A stretch of 63,949 bases of DNA, filler included, from Octopus bimaculoides (GCF_001194135.2; 5 parts of 4 records of this genome joined end to end with filler, not necessarily neighbours in it), one strand, 5' to 3'. Positions 48,300 to 61,465 are shown, counted from the whole stretch's first letter. Notes: generated by a model from the letters alone, not told the origin. A program made the numbers and translations.

Positions 48300-49530
48300 T
48301 TATTCTTGCTATCTTCCGCCCTATCCGCTCTCAAGTTTGCACAATCAAATACCACGTGTCACAGAGACGTGTTCTCCCGTTTTTATTACTCTCCATCGTT
48401 TACTTATCTTCCTCGTCTCTATTGTGGAACACTTGATTCGTCTACTTTTGCATTCAGTCACGTCCACTAAAATTCGCAAACTGGACTCACCACTCCACCA
48501 ATTAATCCCACACCAACGCTCACTCCTCTGATCCTACTCTCTCGGCGCCTTGTTGCATTCCCATGCTTCTCATTTCGTTCTCTTCCCTCCAACTCACTAT
48601 CTCACGCAAACTCATTACTCTACTTCCTCCTCTGCCTATATTACGACCTCCACTATTATTCCTTTTTACCCAACACTTATCACCCACACACTACTCCTTA
48701 AACTATTCCAGTTCTGACTTCGCATGTATTAACACCTCTGACTCTAATCCCTTTTACCACACTTCCACACTACTTACTCTTTCTGAAGCTGAACCCTACA
48801 TACTTTGTATCATGAAGTCTGCCTTCACAAACTTCGACACTTCCTTGATTTCCGTACCACTGTTTAGCACCCCCACTACCGTACCACTACAGTAGCACCT
48901 CCACCTTCATCCATCTGATAGAATTTTTTTCTCTTCTCTCACTCAGTTATTTCTCTTTTGTAGTCAAGTTGTACGAACATGTACGTGGTTGGCTACGAAC
49001 ATGTGAGTTCAACTATTCCAACTTATTTATTGGCTACCTTATGTCCTAAATCATTTTTCAGGTGACCAGTCCCACTCAGATTTCTTCGGCCATCCCATTA
49101 TTGACTGTACTGGCGATCCCTCTCTCTCCCGTAAAGTGCTAAACTCTTTCATCTCCTTTATTTCCTGTCACTTTTCTCTCCGTTTCACCTCCTACATCTC
49201 TGATACTTTCCTTAATTGCTCAACCTTACTCTTTTTTGTCAGTCATTGCACCTTCACCCTCTCTACTTCTGTCCTCTTTAGACTCATCAACACCCACTCT
49301 CACCTCAGCTTTTCCCCTCACACCTGACACACATGAAACACCACCATCTATTATTTACAGTACCACCGCAACAACCCGCTCACACTGACTTGAGAATGTG
49401 AGTCTATTCATTCAATACATTCACCTACACTAGCTGCCCTTTCTTTTCTGTGCCCACAACTGTTGCACCCCGTGTCAGGAACCAACACATTGCATTCCCA
49501 TTCTACGTACTCTGTGACGACTTCACTCTT
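48300..49530 (-). mobile_element. Possible highly decayed LINE ORF (RTE-like)
   Basis: Strong pyrimidine skew on the plus strand; only faint resemblance to RTE post-RT motifs. Confidence 0.25.
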
Positions 49531-51642
49531 AACATAAGTACATTTGCTTTTGATACACGTACGTACATTAAGTCAGTTACCGGCTTTTCTCTTCGAAAAA
49601 CGCGAATATGCAACTGAATACGGATACTCACATACTCACAATCGTTCCGTTCCCCATACACTCGCGCGTGCATGTAGGGCTCTTCTGGTGGAATATGTAT
49701 GTTCCTCTATCCTTTCATCCATTCACCCCCTTTGCTTATAAATCCATATGTACAACAAACCTGGACGTATATACCCACATTCTATATTCCTCACACACAA
49801 CCATACACACAGATGCCCATATTCTCGTACTCCTCACACAAATTCACGTACTCTCCCAACACACGTACACGAATGCACTCGCGGATATACATTCTTCTAC
49901 ACTGCAGTATCCTATGTTTTGTAACACCTTAAAATATTCCGTCCGTCACTTCCGCTTCATTGCTACTCAGTTTTAGCTTGTCAACACAATACTCATCACA
50001 CTTCTAGCGCAGCTTCTTCCCTCTTATGGTCACTCTTCTCTCAAAAGTGACTATTTTGGTCCCTCCCTTGCGTTCATCTATCACTTTTCTTAACCCTATC
50101 ATGTATGTCACAATGTCGGAGATTTCTACCAATTTCTCTGGCTCTTTTACCAATTTAATGATTCAATTTTTCCTTTTCTTTTTTTTACACAAACTCTTTT
50201 ACTTTTCTTATCTTCACAAAATTCAAGCAATTTTCTCTCACATCAATTTTAACCTTACCCTCTCTGCTTTTCATCCCTTGCTCAAGAAACGTCTTCCTAC
50301 CTCCGTGTGGTTTTGTTATGTACTAGCATACGCACCAACAACAACATCCATCGAACTCTTGCCATGCCATATTCTGCCCGTCATCAATACTTTATTCATC
50401 CTCTAACACACGCACACATGCACACACGTTCATCACCTGACACTCTTTCGTACTCTCCATTTAAAATTACACACACACTGACATCCACCGCTTCTGACTT
50501 ACGCTGCAAAACTATATTTCTGAATAGCTATACACAATCATACGCAACATTACACACACAAACTATTCATTGTCCGCTTCAAATGATACACACATACCTC
50601 TTCCAACCTTCTTACCACTGTCCCATATACAATCAACCCCACATAGCTTCTAACCCTTCGCCTGCCTTGTGCGTACTTCATGACCCTCCATATCTTACTC
50701 GCCTCATACTTTACTCTTTATTTGGTTCTGACGAATTACTAATATCCAAAACGTTGAGGCACAAACAGAGACTCCCACTCTCGGCGTTAATATGTGAAAC
50801 TATTGACATGATTTTCAAAATTTGCTCCTCCTCTGCTGTCATTTCAAATGTTTACTGTCCACAAACTATGTGTGTGTGTGTGCTTGTGTTTGTGTGTGTG
50901 TATGTGTGTATATATATATACATATACATGAACATATTAACATAAATACATACATAAATGTACACAGATATACATACGCATCTATGCATACACATATATA
51001 TATATACATACACACACGCACACATATGTATGGATATATATATATATGCGTGTGTGTGTGCGTGTGTATGCGCGTGTGTATGTATGTATATGTATATATG
51101 TTTATGAGTGTGTATATTCTGAGTTCTATTTATGTCTTTTAATTCTATTCTTGTTAAAACTCCTAAACATTATCTACAACGATCACCCCGCTCTCTTGTA
51201 AATATCACACGAGTGTAAATTGTTTTCGCTTTAGTGCGGAGACCAATAAATATTCTAAGCATATAAATTAATCTTAAATGTCCTCTTTAATAAATAATTT
51301 GTCTGAAGTTACTTTCGGTTAAGATAATTTCCATAAAATACACAGAAACAAGAACAACAATGCCAACATTTCGTCTTGCTTAGTCAGGCATCAAAAATTA
51401 TATATNNNNNNNNNNNNNNNNNNNNNNNNNNNNNNNNNNNNNNNNNNNNNNNNNNNNNNNNNNNNNNNNNNNNNNNNNNNNNNNNNNNNNNNNNNNNNNN
51501 NNNNNNNNNNNNNNNNNNNNNNNNNNNNNNNNNNNNNNNNNNNNNNNNNNNNNNNNNNNNNNNNNNNNNNNNNNNNNNNNNNNNNNNNNNNNNNNNNNNN
51601 NNNNNNNNNNNNNNNNNNNNNNNNNNNNNNNNNNNNNNNNNN

Positions 51643-51678
<36 letters not shown>

Positions 51679-52504
51679 GTGTCTGTGTGTGTATAAACTG
51701 AAAGTATGACAGATGATACATTCTAAAAGTGTTTCGTAGGAAGAATAAAGAGTATGAATATATTTTACTTTAGAAAATTCCTAGTCCATCTGACATTTAA
51801 TATGTCTACTAACTCCAGTGGAAAATTATACAAGTTAGTAGAGGCTGAAATTAATTAATGTATAGGAAACATACACCTGCTGACATTCATATATTTAATA
51901 TATATTCTCACTGACCCCAACTTCCTAAGTATATTGCTTCAATTTCATTGGTAGTGTATCTGTTGGTAGGGGGTATCTTTTCTAAATTACCTAAACAGCT
52001 CAAACAGCAAATGAACTACAAAGGTCATCAACTCCAATTAGGTGATGTAGTACATGGCGAGGAAACATCAAGGCTGCAATAGACAGGAAATGACATAAAG
52101 GAAATATAAATTTCGTTAGGATATGTATTTATAATTTGTGTACAGTTAAGTGATCGAGAATTAATTTTAAAAACATAAAAGCAGGTGTTAGAGGGATTCC
52201 AGAGTTATCAGTACCACAGAAAAGTATATTTTCTTATTTAAACATTTAAGAATAGCGAGAAAATAAATATGCGATATTAAAGCAATACAGAAACTCAAAC
52301 ACAGAAATGTAAATGCGATATGTTCTGTCTCATCGTTTTGTTTGTTATTGTGTTCTTTGTTGTTCAGTTTCAAATAGTCCCTGATTTGAAAGGCTTTTTG
52401 CTAAGGATTTCCAATCTTGACCATCCACTCTTGTTTGTCTTCATGTATTGGATCATCTCAAAAATAATGCGTTTTTTTTTATACTTTTATTTTTCAACCT
52501 AATA

Positions 52505-53470
52505 TATACTCATCTTCATTTTCTACAATGCTCTTCTATCTATCTTGTTGACTTGCAAGGCCCCTCTTCCAAAATTCATCTATCCGTGATGAAAAATATT
52601 CCTCCAGTATTGTTCTGATCTCGTCTACAGAATTCATATTTCTTTCGCCTAAATGATTTTGAAGACTGCGAGATAAATTATAATGAGATGGGGCAATGTC
52701 CGGCGAATATGGTGGGTGGGGTATCGTTTCCCATTCAAACTGCTCCAGCCTTTGGAATCTCATTCTCGCTGTATGTGGCCGACTATTATCTTGATGGAAG
52801 AACACCTTTCGTCTTCAAACCAAAGATGGTCTTTTTTTCTAGTGCTGACTTAAGCCACTCAAGCTGCTCGTAGTAGATCTCCTTTGTTATGGTTTGGTTT
52901 TTGGTTTAAAAGTTCAAAGTCGACTAAACCTTTCATATCTTACCAAATAGATAACACCTTACGTCGGTAAAGACTTTCTTTATTCTGGGGTGCCACTTGA
53001 CATTTTTTATAGAGAACCCATTTCTCGTCACCAGTCACTATTCGGTCTCAAAATGTTCATTCATGAGGCGTGACAGCAATGAAGAGCACACATTTAATCT
53101 CTGCGGGCGATCAGACTCGGAAAGTTTGTGAAGAACCCATTGACCTAATTTGTCAACTTTTCCAATGACACGCAAGTGTCGATGAATGGTTAAATGACCA
53201 AATCCAAGCTTCTCTGCTCAACAGTTACGATGGGGTTTTTTTCTCCAGGGTTTTCAGGATGACCTCGTCGAGTTCTACAGATCTTCTGGGATAGGCTCAT
53301 CTTCTAAGGCTGTAGCTTCCGACTCTGAATTTCTGGAACCACTGTTGATACTAGCTTACGCTTATTGTCCGATCCCCATATACTGCATTAATATTCCTCG
53401 CTCTTTCAGTTGCGTTGTTGCCTTTATTGAACACGGAAAGCGATATAGGCTGAATATGCTCCTTTGCCAC
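52505..53470 (-). pseudogene. Mariner (DD34D) transposase pseudogene
   Basis: GQWVLHKL (WVPHEL), DRIVTGDEKW and QDNSRPH...HPPYSPDIAPSHY (34 spacing, third D replaced by H); frameshifts. Confidence 0.92.
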
Positions 53471-53739
53471 TTACATTATATTGAACTGTTAAAATTGAAC
53501 TGCACTCTTGAAAACGTGCACTGAGAATAAGTACAAATTAAAAATTATTACCTGCTTTTATAGCAATTTGATGCAGGTAGTTTAACCCGTTCCCCTCCGA
53601 CTGTTAGTTCATACAATTGAAAAAATAGCCGTCTTTATGGGATGACAATACATTAGCCAACATTTTTCGATTGCAGTATATTACTGTGTTATACATAACC
53701 TAGCAGGCCTACTCACCGCTCTCCAAATTTCTAGTTTTG

Positions 53740-54800
53740 TGCCAATATTTGAAAAAGGATGCAGTGAGCCGCGCGTACCTACATCTCTACCCTCACCTTC
53801 CTCTTCAAATGATATTTGAAGAAATTGATGACGTCTTTACCAGATAGGAATGTGCCTGTCTTCAAACCGTTCAGACGGCTCCACCACACGGTCTGTTTTG
53901 GCACAGCTACTAAGAAGAGAAAGATCTGTCTTCTTTCTTTCCAAAGAGAAGGTGGTACGTCGACCTTCATTATACATTCGGCAGATAGCTGAATTCGTCC
54001 TACACGCTACAATAGCTGCTCCACACAATCTCACAGCTCCCTATTGTACGGACACGGAATTATTGCATGCAGGACAGTTTCGTCCCCCAGCGAGCATCTC
54101 GAGCAGGTTCGGCTGTTGGCAGTTCCAAGCCTGAAGTGCTTTCTCGAACTGACAATGCTTCTCCGTGACATTGCTAAGTCAAAGACTTTGGGAAATTGTT
54201 CATGATCTTCGACCCGAAAGTCCTCTGGAAGCGACTACTCAGACAGGTGTCGTCGATGCCTAGATTTAATCTTAGGCCATTATCACTCATACCCTCAACT
54301 AGCCCCCCTATAGAAATCTTGGGTGTTTTCTTTTTCCCGCTAACGGCTTTGGGTACAATGTCTGAGCCCCTGGCAACATTCTAGAAGCCAACTGCCCAAA
54401 CTTGTTCTATGTTTGACCCATGAATGCAGCTCTGTCTATGAGATGAGCTGCGAAAAGACGTGTCACGCGAAAGATGCCCACACGCGTTCACCCTTATTTT
54501 CGTCGTCATCGTCGTCGTCGTTCACATCGCAGTATGCTAGGTATTCCTGTAGGTGCGACAGCTACAAAGCGTGACGCCGCATCATTAAGTATGACATCCC
54601 AAGACAGCCACGGTGTGGGTGCTGACAGTAGATGGATTTTCTGACCAGTGGAACCAGACTCTTCTATAAGTATAGGAAAAGCAATTGCTCCAATCTGGTC
54701 AGAATTCTCTTAAAAACAGGTTACGTCGGTTAGGCGGTAGTGCACTACCGAGACAATATATGCGTTCGCTACTTCCGCCTGATCTTTTAGAGACATCTTC
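53740..54800 (-). pseudogene. Tx1/L1-clade LINE ORF2 C-terminal relic
   Basis: Zinc knuckle CSRCSLGDETVLHAIIPC near 54040-54110, followed by VWWSRLNGLKTGTFLSG...FFKYHLKRKVRVE. Confidence 0.75.
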
Positions 54801-55054
54801 CTTTCTCACACAATAATAACAGCAGCCACAACGACAACAAAAACAGCAATAATAATAATAATGATTACTTTATTTGACATAGAGGGTTTGCATGAAGAAA
54901 AACACTAAGGACGATATAGACGGGATAGGACTAAACAGTGTGGGATTTGTCGTGTAAAAAGTCATACAACGAATAAATAAAAAAATAATTCAAAATAAAT
55001 TTCTCAATAGGAAGTACTTTCAAGGCTCACACATGGAGAAATCCGACAAAATCC

Positions 55055-55154
55055 NNNNNNNNNNNNNNNNNNNNNNNNNNNNNNNNNNNNNNNNNNNNTT
55101 AATTAATTAANNNNNNNNNNNNNNNNNNNNNNNNNNNNNNNNNNNNNNNNNNNN
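55055..55154. other. Artificial scaffold linker
   Basis: N44-TTAATTAATTAA-N44. Confidence 0.95.
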
Positions 55155-55212
<58 letters not shown>

Positions 55213-55519
55213 TGATGTGGATCAGACATGTTCGATTAGGAAGGAGAGAGAGAGCAACAACAGAACACGACAACGACGACGACGACGACGATGACGATGA
55301 CGATGACGGAGATGTTTGCCGCCTCCGCATGGTGACGCTAACATTGCCGGTGGCGCTGTTATCGCTACTGCTACATCCAACTGATGCTGCTGCTGCTGTT
55401 TTCAGTTGCTTATTTTTAGCATCTTGTAGCCGGTGATACTGTCACTCTACCGGCAATCACCAGATACCTGGTTCGAGACTCGTAAGTGGACACACGCTGA
55501 ATAATGTAACACTTACACT

Positions 55520-55885
55520 TGTTTTATCCTTTACTTGTTTCGGTCATTTGACTGCGGCCATGCAGGGGCACCACCTAGAACGGCTTTAACCGAACAGATC
55601 GTCCCCAGAACTTAGTTTTTAAGTTTGGTACATAATTTCATCGGTCGGTTTTGCCGAACTGCTACTTACAGGGATGTAAACAAACCAACACCGGTTGTGA
55701 AGTGACGAATGAGATAAACATAACAATAAAGACGCACACATACATGTGTGTGTGTGTGTGTGTGCATATATCATTTATCTTTCACCAGTTTCAGTCGTTT
55801 GACTGCGGCCATGCTGGAGCACCGCCTTTAGTCAAATAAATCGGCCCCAGGACTCATTCTTTGTAAGCCAATTATTTATTCTATC
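55520..55885 (-). mobile_element. Two SINE type A 3' fragments
   Basis: catttgactgcggccatgc occurs at about 55545 and 55797. Confidence 0.75.
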
Positions 55886-55984
55886 AGTCTTTCCTCATAT
55901 GCCAGTTTCATCAGGGTTAATCTCTGGGTAAACAACAACAAGAACAACAACAATCACGACAATATTCTATAAACGTTAATATTA

Positions 55985-56135
55985 TATCAGTAGCCTCGTC
56001 CGCCTTTACGTCGTGAGTTCAAATCGCGCCGAGGTCGACTTTGCCTTTTATCCTTTCGGAGTCGAAAAAAACAAGTACCCGTTGAACACCGAGTTCGATC
56101 TAATCGACTCACCCCCTCTCCCATTGGACACTTTG
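55985..56135 (+). mobile_element. SINE type C, truncated
   Basis: gagttcaaatcgcgccgaggtcgactttgcctttta... Confidence 0.8.
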
Positions 56136-56139
56136 CAAA

Positions 56140-56548
56140 ATGTATGGACTTGACAGAGCAAAAAATTGGTACGACCACAAACCTGAAGGCATCGTCGAAA
56201 ATAGAAATGCAAAGATCCTTTGGGATTTTATGATTCAGTGCGACCATAAGATAGAGAATAGGAAGCCGGGCATTGAGAAAGAAAACAAACTATGCTGGAT
56301 CATAGACATAGCATGTCCAGCTGACAACAAGGTATGCGATAAGGAAGAAAGAAAAGTCGAGAGATATGACAGGTTAGCTTAGGAAGTTAAGCAGTTGTGG
56401 TCAATGAATAAGGTTGCAGTAGTACCAATACTTGTGGGAGCCCTGAGAACTGTGAGCAAAAATCTCGAGAAGTACGTGGAACAAATAGGGGCTGCAATAA
56501 GGGTGGAGCACTTGCAGAAAACAGCACTGCTTGGAACCCCCAAAAAGT
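56140..56548 (+). pseudogene. R4/Dong-like LINE restriction-like endonuclease fragment
   Basis: KILWDFMIQCDH...RKP...IIDIACPADN...KVERY...VVPILVGALRTV...LQKTALLGT; one in-frame stop. Confidence 0.9.
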
Positions 56549-56578
56549 TTAAAATGTTCTACTTGAACGAAACCTCTC

Positions 56579-56644
<66 letters not shown>

Positions 56645-56645
<1 letters not shown>

Positions 56646-56775
56646 TAGTAGAAGACACTTGCCAAGCTTCTTACCACACAGCCACTTCTGCGTCTATAGT
56701 AGAAAACATTTGCGCGATGGGACTGAATTGGAAACCACGTGGTGCAAAAGCAATCTTCTTAACAACACAGCCATG
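56645..56775 (-). mobile_element. SINE type A head fragments
   Basis: agtagaagacacttgcc...gggactgaattggaaaccacgtgg...cacagccatgcctg. Confidence 0.6.
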
Positions 56776-57091
56776 CCTGTTCTTCTTGTGTTATGTAACT
56801 ATAATCCCGTACATACACTTTCACAACTGACTACGCTTAGGTCCCTCTGTAGGTGGTGCGAACAGGAAGTAAGGTGGGGGGTAGGAAGGACTAACTCAAT
56901 GAAGGCCATCACCAGGTTGTCACCAACTAAAAACCCCAGCAACAAACTTCAAAATACAAACAAATGCGCACATTGTTTATAGGCTTGCTAAATGCACTTC
57001 ACCTTTGAGACATTCTCACAAGATAAGATAGCATAGATATTTCATTACAGAACACACTCACACGCATGCGCATGTGGCATGTGACGCGTGT

Positions 57092-57155
<64 letters not shown>

Positions 57156-57254
57156 CTAATTAACAAACGATATGCCGTAAGTGATATTATCAAGGTGTGC
57201 CGTGGAATTTTTAAAATATTCAAGTCTTTAGAAAATTCAATTTAATGTTTGTGC

Positions 57255-57460
57255 GTCTTTTATTTTGCAGTCGCTGGACTATGCGTGGCCATGCTGGGGC
57301 ACCGCCTGGAAAAGTCTAGTCGAACAAATCTACCGCCAATACTTGTTTTATTTCATATTGTGGTACTTATTTTGTCATTAAGCTATGGTATTGACGTAAA
57401 CAAACCAACTGTAGTTGTCGGTGATGGAAGGACGAACGCAAACACACATTTATATATAGA
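57255..57460 (-). mobile_element. SINE type A 3' part, diverged
   Basis: gcggccatgctggggcaccgcc-like segment and tagtcgaacaaatc. Confidence 0.65.
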
Positions 57461-57497
57461 TATCTCAAATGGGCACTGGAGAGAAGGTCGGATAATT

Positions 57498-57542
57498 GTC
57501 GTGCTGATGACGTCTAATGAGCCAGAAACACTTCTCCGCCAC
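57498..57542 (+). ncRNA. Decayed hammerhead-like motif
   Basis: gtcgtg CTGATGA c GTCT aatg AGCC a GAAAC actt CTC cgccac; stem I 5/6, stem II 3/4. Confidence 0.4.
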
Positions 57543-57728
57543 CATCCTCTTACTCCAGATAATAAGCCTGTCTTTTTCTTTTGTGACGTGTACGCTTTCG
57601 AGAAGCCTTGATTCTTGTGATTATCTCTCCTTCTCAAATGTTGGTCTTGATTACCGTTTGATAATTTGAACGAATCTCGGAGACAATTTGAATGTATCTC
57701 AAAAATTTCTTGTATCGTATTTGATATA

Positions 57729-57730
57729 CC

Positions 57731-57767
<37 letters not shown>

Positions 57768-57782
57768 TGTATATATATATAC

Positions 57783-57863
<81 letters not shown>

Positions 57864-57881
57864 AAGAGAGAGAGAGTAGAT

Positions 57882-57929
<48 letters not shown>

Positions 57930-57980
57930 CAGAGAGACAGACAGACCCATAGATAGATAGATAGATAGATAGATAGAGAT

Positions 57981-58027
<47 letters not shown>

Positions 58028-58030
58028 TAG
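57729..58030. repeat. Compound (TATC)n/(GATA)n/(GA)n/(GACA)n microsatellite
   Basis: Direct reading. Confidence 0.95.
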
Positions 58031-59499
58031 ATACACACACATACATATATACATACATACGAACATATACACACATATGAATGAACAATATTATTGCATA
58101 CTACATAACAGTATCGAGTGTGATTTTCGCAACACTCGCCCCAGGATGAGATTGCAAATCACTACATTACACACATACACATCTCCCAGCAAGCTTGCAT
58201 AAACACACACGCACACACACACACAAATACACCCACGCACAGACACGTGCATGCACACACTTATTCATATATATATATATATATATACAGAGAGAGGCAG
58301 ACAGACAGACAGATAGACTGACAGGCATATCGATGAATAATGAATTCTCTACACTTTATCTCAAGCATGTACTGAGCACTTTGATATTATACCCTACACT
58401 TTATACACTTTATACACTCTATGCATCCGTGTGTGTGTCGGAGTACACTGCGTTCGGAAAGAGGTCTAAATGGTTGAGAGTTGTCGAGTGGACAGTATTT
58501 TGTCTTCTCCGACAATCAAGTTAACAATTCAACCGGTAAGACTGATGCGTAATGGCGGAGAGCCAGCATTTAAAACCAGACAACTTCAAAGGGTATCGGA
58601 CGGTCTACGGGTAAATGTATGTGGGAATCGTGTGTGTGTATGTATGTGCCTGTGTATATGTAAAGATTAATATATACTCGCATGCATAGATACAGAAGAT
58701 GTAGAGAAAGATTGATAGGGAGCAAAATATACGACGTATTTATGATGTGTAGGAGTAAGGAAAGTTTTCTAGAAGTGAAAAACGGTTATACACACACACG
58801 CACACACACACACATATGTGGACACACACACACATATNNNNNNNNNNNNNNNNNNNNNNNNNNNNNNNNNNNNNNNNNNNNNNNNNNNNNNNNNNNNNNN
58901 NNNNNNNNNNNNNNNNNNNNNNNNNNNNNNNNNNNNNNNNNNNNNNNNNNNNNNNNNNNNNNNNNNNNNNNNNNNNNNNNNNNNNNNNNNNNNNNNNNNN
59001 NNNNNNNNNNNNNNNNNNNNNNNNNNNNNNNNNNNNNNNNNNNNNNNNNNNNNNNNNNNNNNNNNNNNNNNNNNNNNNNNNNNNNNNNNNNNNNNNNNNN
59101 NNNNNNNNNNNNNNNNNNNNNNNNNNNNNNNNNNNNNNNNNNNNNNNNNNNNNNNNNNNNNNNNNNNNNNNNNNNNNNNNNNNNNNNNNNNNNNNNNNNN
59201 NNNNNNNNNNNNNNNNNNNNNNNNNNNNNNNNNNNNNNNNNNNNNNNNNNNNNNNNNNNNNNNNNNNNNNNNNNNNNNNNNNNNNNNNNNNNNNNNNNNN
59301 NNNNNNNNNNNNNNNNNNNNNNNNNNNNNNNNNNNNNNNNNNNNNNNNNNNNNNNNNNNNNNNNNNNNNNNNNNNNNNNNNNNNNNNNNNNNNNNNNNNN
59401 NNNNNNNNNNNNNNNNNNNTATATATATATATATATATATATGATATACGCATCACACACATGCTGATGAGTGTTTATATTTACATGTAAGACAAAGAA

Positions 59500-59655
59500 A
59501 GAAAGACAGGAAGAATAAAAGAATGAATGAAAGCAAGAAAGAAAGAAAGGAAAAAAGAACGAAAGAAAGGAAGAAAGAAAGAAAGAAAGAAAGGAAGGAA
59601 GAAAGAAAGAAAGAAAGAACGAACGAAAGAAAGAAAAGAAGAAAGAAATAAAGAA
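59500..59655. repeat. (AAAG)n-type polypurine tract
   Basis: Direct reading. Confidence 0.9.
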
Positions 59656-59989
59656 GCCTGGAGTTACTGCAAAGAATCGTCAGTTAAGTAGAAAGAAGCA
59701 TGAATAAAATGATGTTAGCGTTGGATGTAGGTGGGCTACAAACATATGTAAGAGAGGTCGTTGACAGATGGCATTTATGAATCTTTAATTGAGTCATGTT
59801 GGTCTTTTAAGTTGAAGTATGCCTGTGATTTCCTCTGCTGTTTGTTCCTGGTTGGCAGTATTTCAAGTGTGCTAGAAATGGCGTATCCTTCTCTTAGTAT
59901 TCATGCACCCGAAAATCTGTTACCTTCGCCTGAAGGCGTCTCAAGATAAAGATAAACATGCTACCGTGTGCGCATGCTCAGCACACACA

Positions 59990-60170
59990 TGCACAGGCTT
60001 GGCTGGGTGATTATGAGCTGGCTTTGATACCACCTTGTTTCGGTTCGGATTCAGTCTCAATTCGCGACACATTTAAGCAATTGTCTTTTTTTTTTTACAT
60101 AACTCTGGACCAACCAATGCCTTGTGAGTATCATAAACGGAAACTGTGTGGAAGCCCGTTGTATACACAC
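59990..60170 (+). mobile_element. SINE type A 5' part, diverged
   Basis: ggattcagtctcaattcgcgacacatttaagcaattgtc...gaccaaccaatgccttgtgag...cggaaactgtgtggaagcccg. Confidence 0.65.
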
Positions 60171-60984
60171 ACACATGCTCTAATATTAAACAGTAAGAAT
60201 GAGTGCTCAACACCGCATTGCTGGTTAAATATTCTTTGAAGTTGTCTCCTCCTGCCTTTGATTCTTGTCATTACTAAAGATGTAATTTCAATTATTCTTT
60301 TATTTATTGCTATTCTTTGTTTCATTGATTTGACTGCGGCCATGCTGGAGCACCACCTTAAAGGGAACAATATGAGTCTTCGAAAACAGTTGCTCCCATA
60401 GGGTTATGACTTTTTCACAGCCTAATAAACCCTATACTCTAATTCGATGAATAATTTCATAAAAGTCAGGAAACTAACATTTATTTTGCTTTATTTGAAA
60501 AAAACAAAAGAACAAAAAACGTCACCTCCAAATTAAGAAATCGATTACCACTTTTGACCCAAATCATGCAAAATTCTAGGGGTGTTCATAACGCCTGCTC
60601 AAGTTTTTACCAAACTTGGTGTGCTGACTCAATACAATGCAGAAATAGTATATCTGAAATTTCAGCTTTCTAGTTGAAGTAGTTTCGGAGTTAGAGGCTT
60701 TTAAAACTATAATCACTAGGTGGCACTAGATCCACGCTTCAGTATTTCTGCTACCCAAATCCTTGTAAACGCAAGAAAGTTGTGGAATAAAAGTGTACTT
60801 ATACATTTTTAAGATTACTGAATTGAAATTGCTCTACGCAAAGGTTCAAAACTAGGCTATTTTGTGTGTTACAAAATTTAAAACAATACATATTTTTAAC
60901 TTTTTAAGGTTTAATTCCAATTCTAACTAACTGTATAAGAAAAAGGGTGCTGAATGTTAACAAATTTGTAAACATAACAAAGAA

Positions 60985-61233
60985 TTAATATGTTTTATTA
61001 GATGAAATAAATCGAAACAGAGATTTCTCCTTCTTTTTACAAGCATCATAAAGATCTTGAAGGTATTTGATTGCCCGTTCTGCATTCTGATTTGTTCTGG
61101 GAATTTCCAGTTTTGATGGTTCTCGACCCCATAAGTTTTTTTTACAGAGTTTAATGTTTTTTTTAATGAACTTCCAGGCTACCTTATAACTTCTGATAAT
61201 CACGTGCATGGAACATTTGGTCAAGTAGACCAA
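60985..61233 (-). pseudogene. Possible DNA transposase C-terminal fragment
   Basis: IPRTNQNAERAIK resembles the N..AER.(I/V)K helix at DDE transposase C-termini; superfamily not determined. Confidence 0.45.
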
Positions 61234-61294
61234 AAATCTGCTCAGCTATAAGAGATGAATCGGCAAACATTGAGAAGCAAAACTCTTTTCTCTG

Positions 61295-61465
61295 GTATAT
61301 ATGATAGGCTTCCATACTGTTGCCGCCCACCAAATTCACACACAAGGCATTAGTTGACCCGGGGTAAAGTGCATAACACTTTCTCAAAGTGCTGCGCTGT
61401 GGGACTGAACCCGAAACTGCGAAATTGCAAAGTGAGCTCTTGAACCACAAAGCTATCCTTGTGCC
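61295..61465 (-). mobile_element. SINE type A 5' part
   Basis: cacaaggcattagttgacccgggg...gtgggactgaacccgaaac...aaccacaaagc. Confidence 0.75.

Noticed and set aside
50720-50765. CTGACGAA...CCAAAACGTT as a hammerhead
   Set aside because: G12 is absent and stems I and II are broken; too degenerate to call.
808-59490. Long ORFs in the track made of X, HT, CV, YI, MYVC or poly-I/R
   Set aside because: They are translations of N gaps and CA/TA/TATG/AAT/AAG microsatellites.
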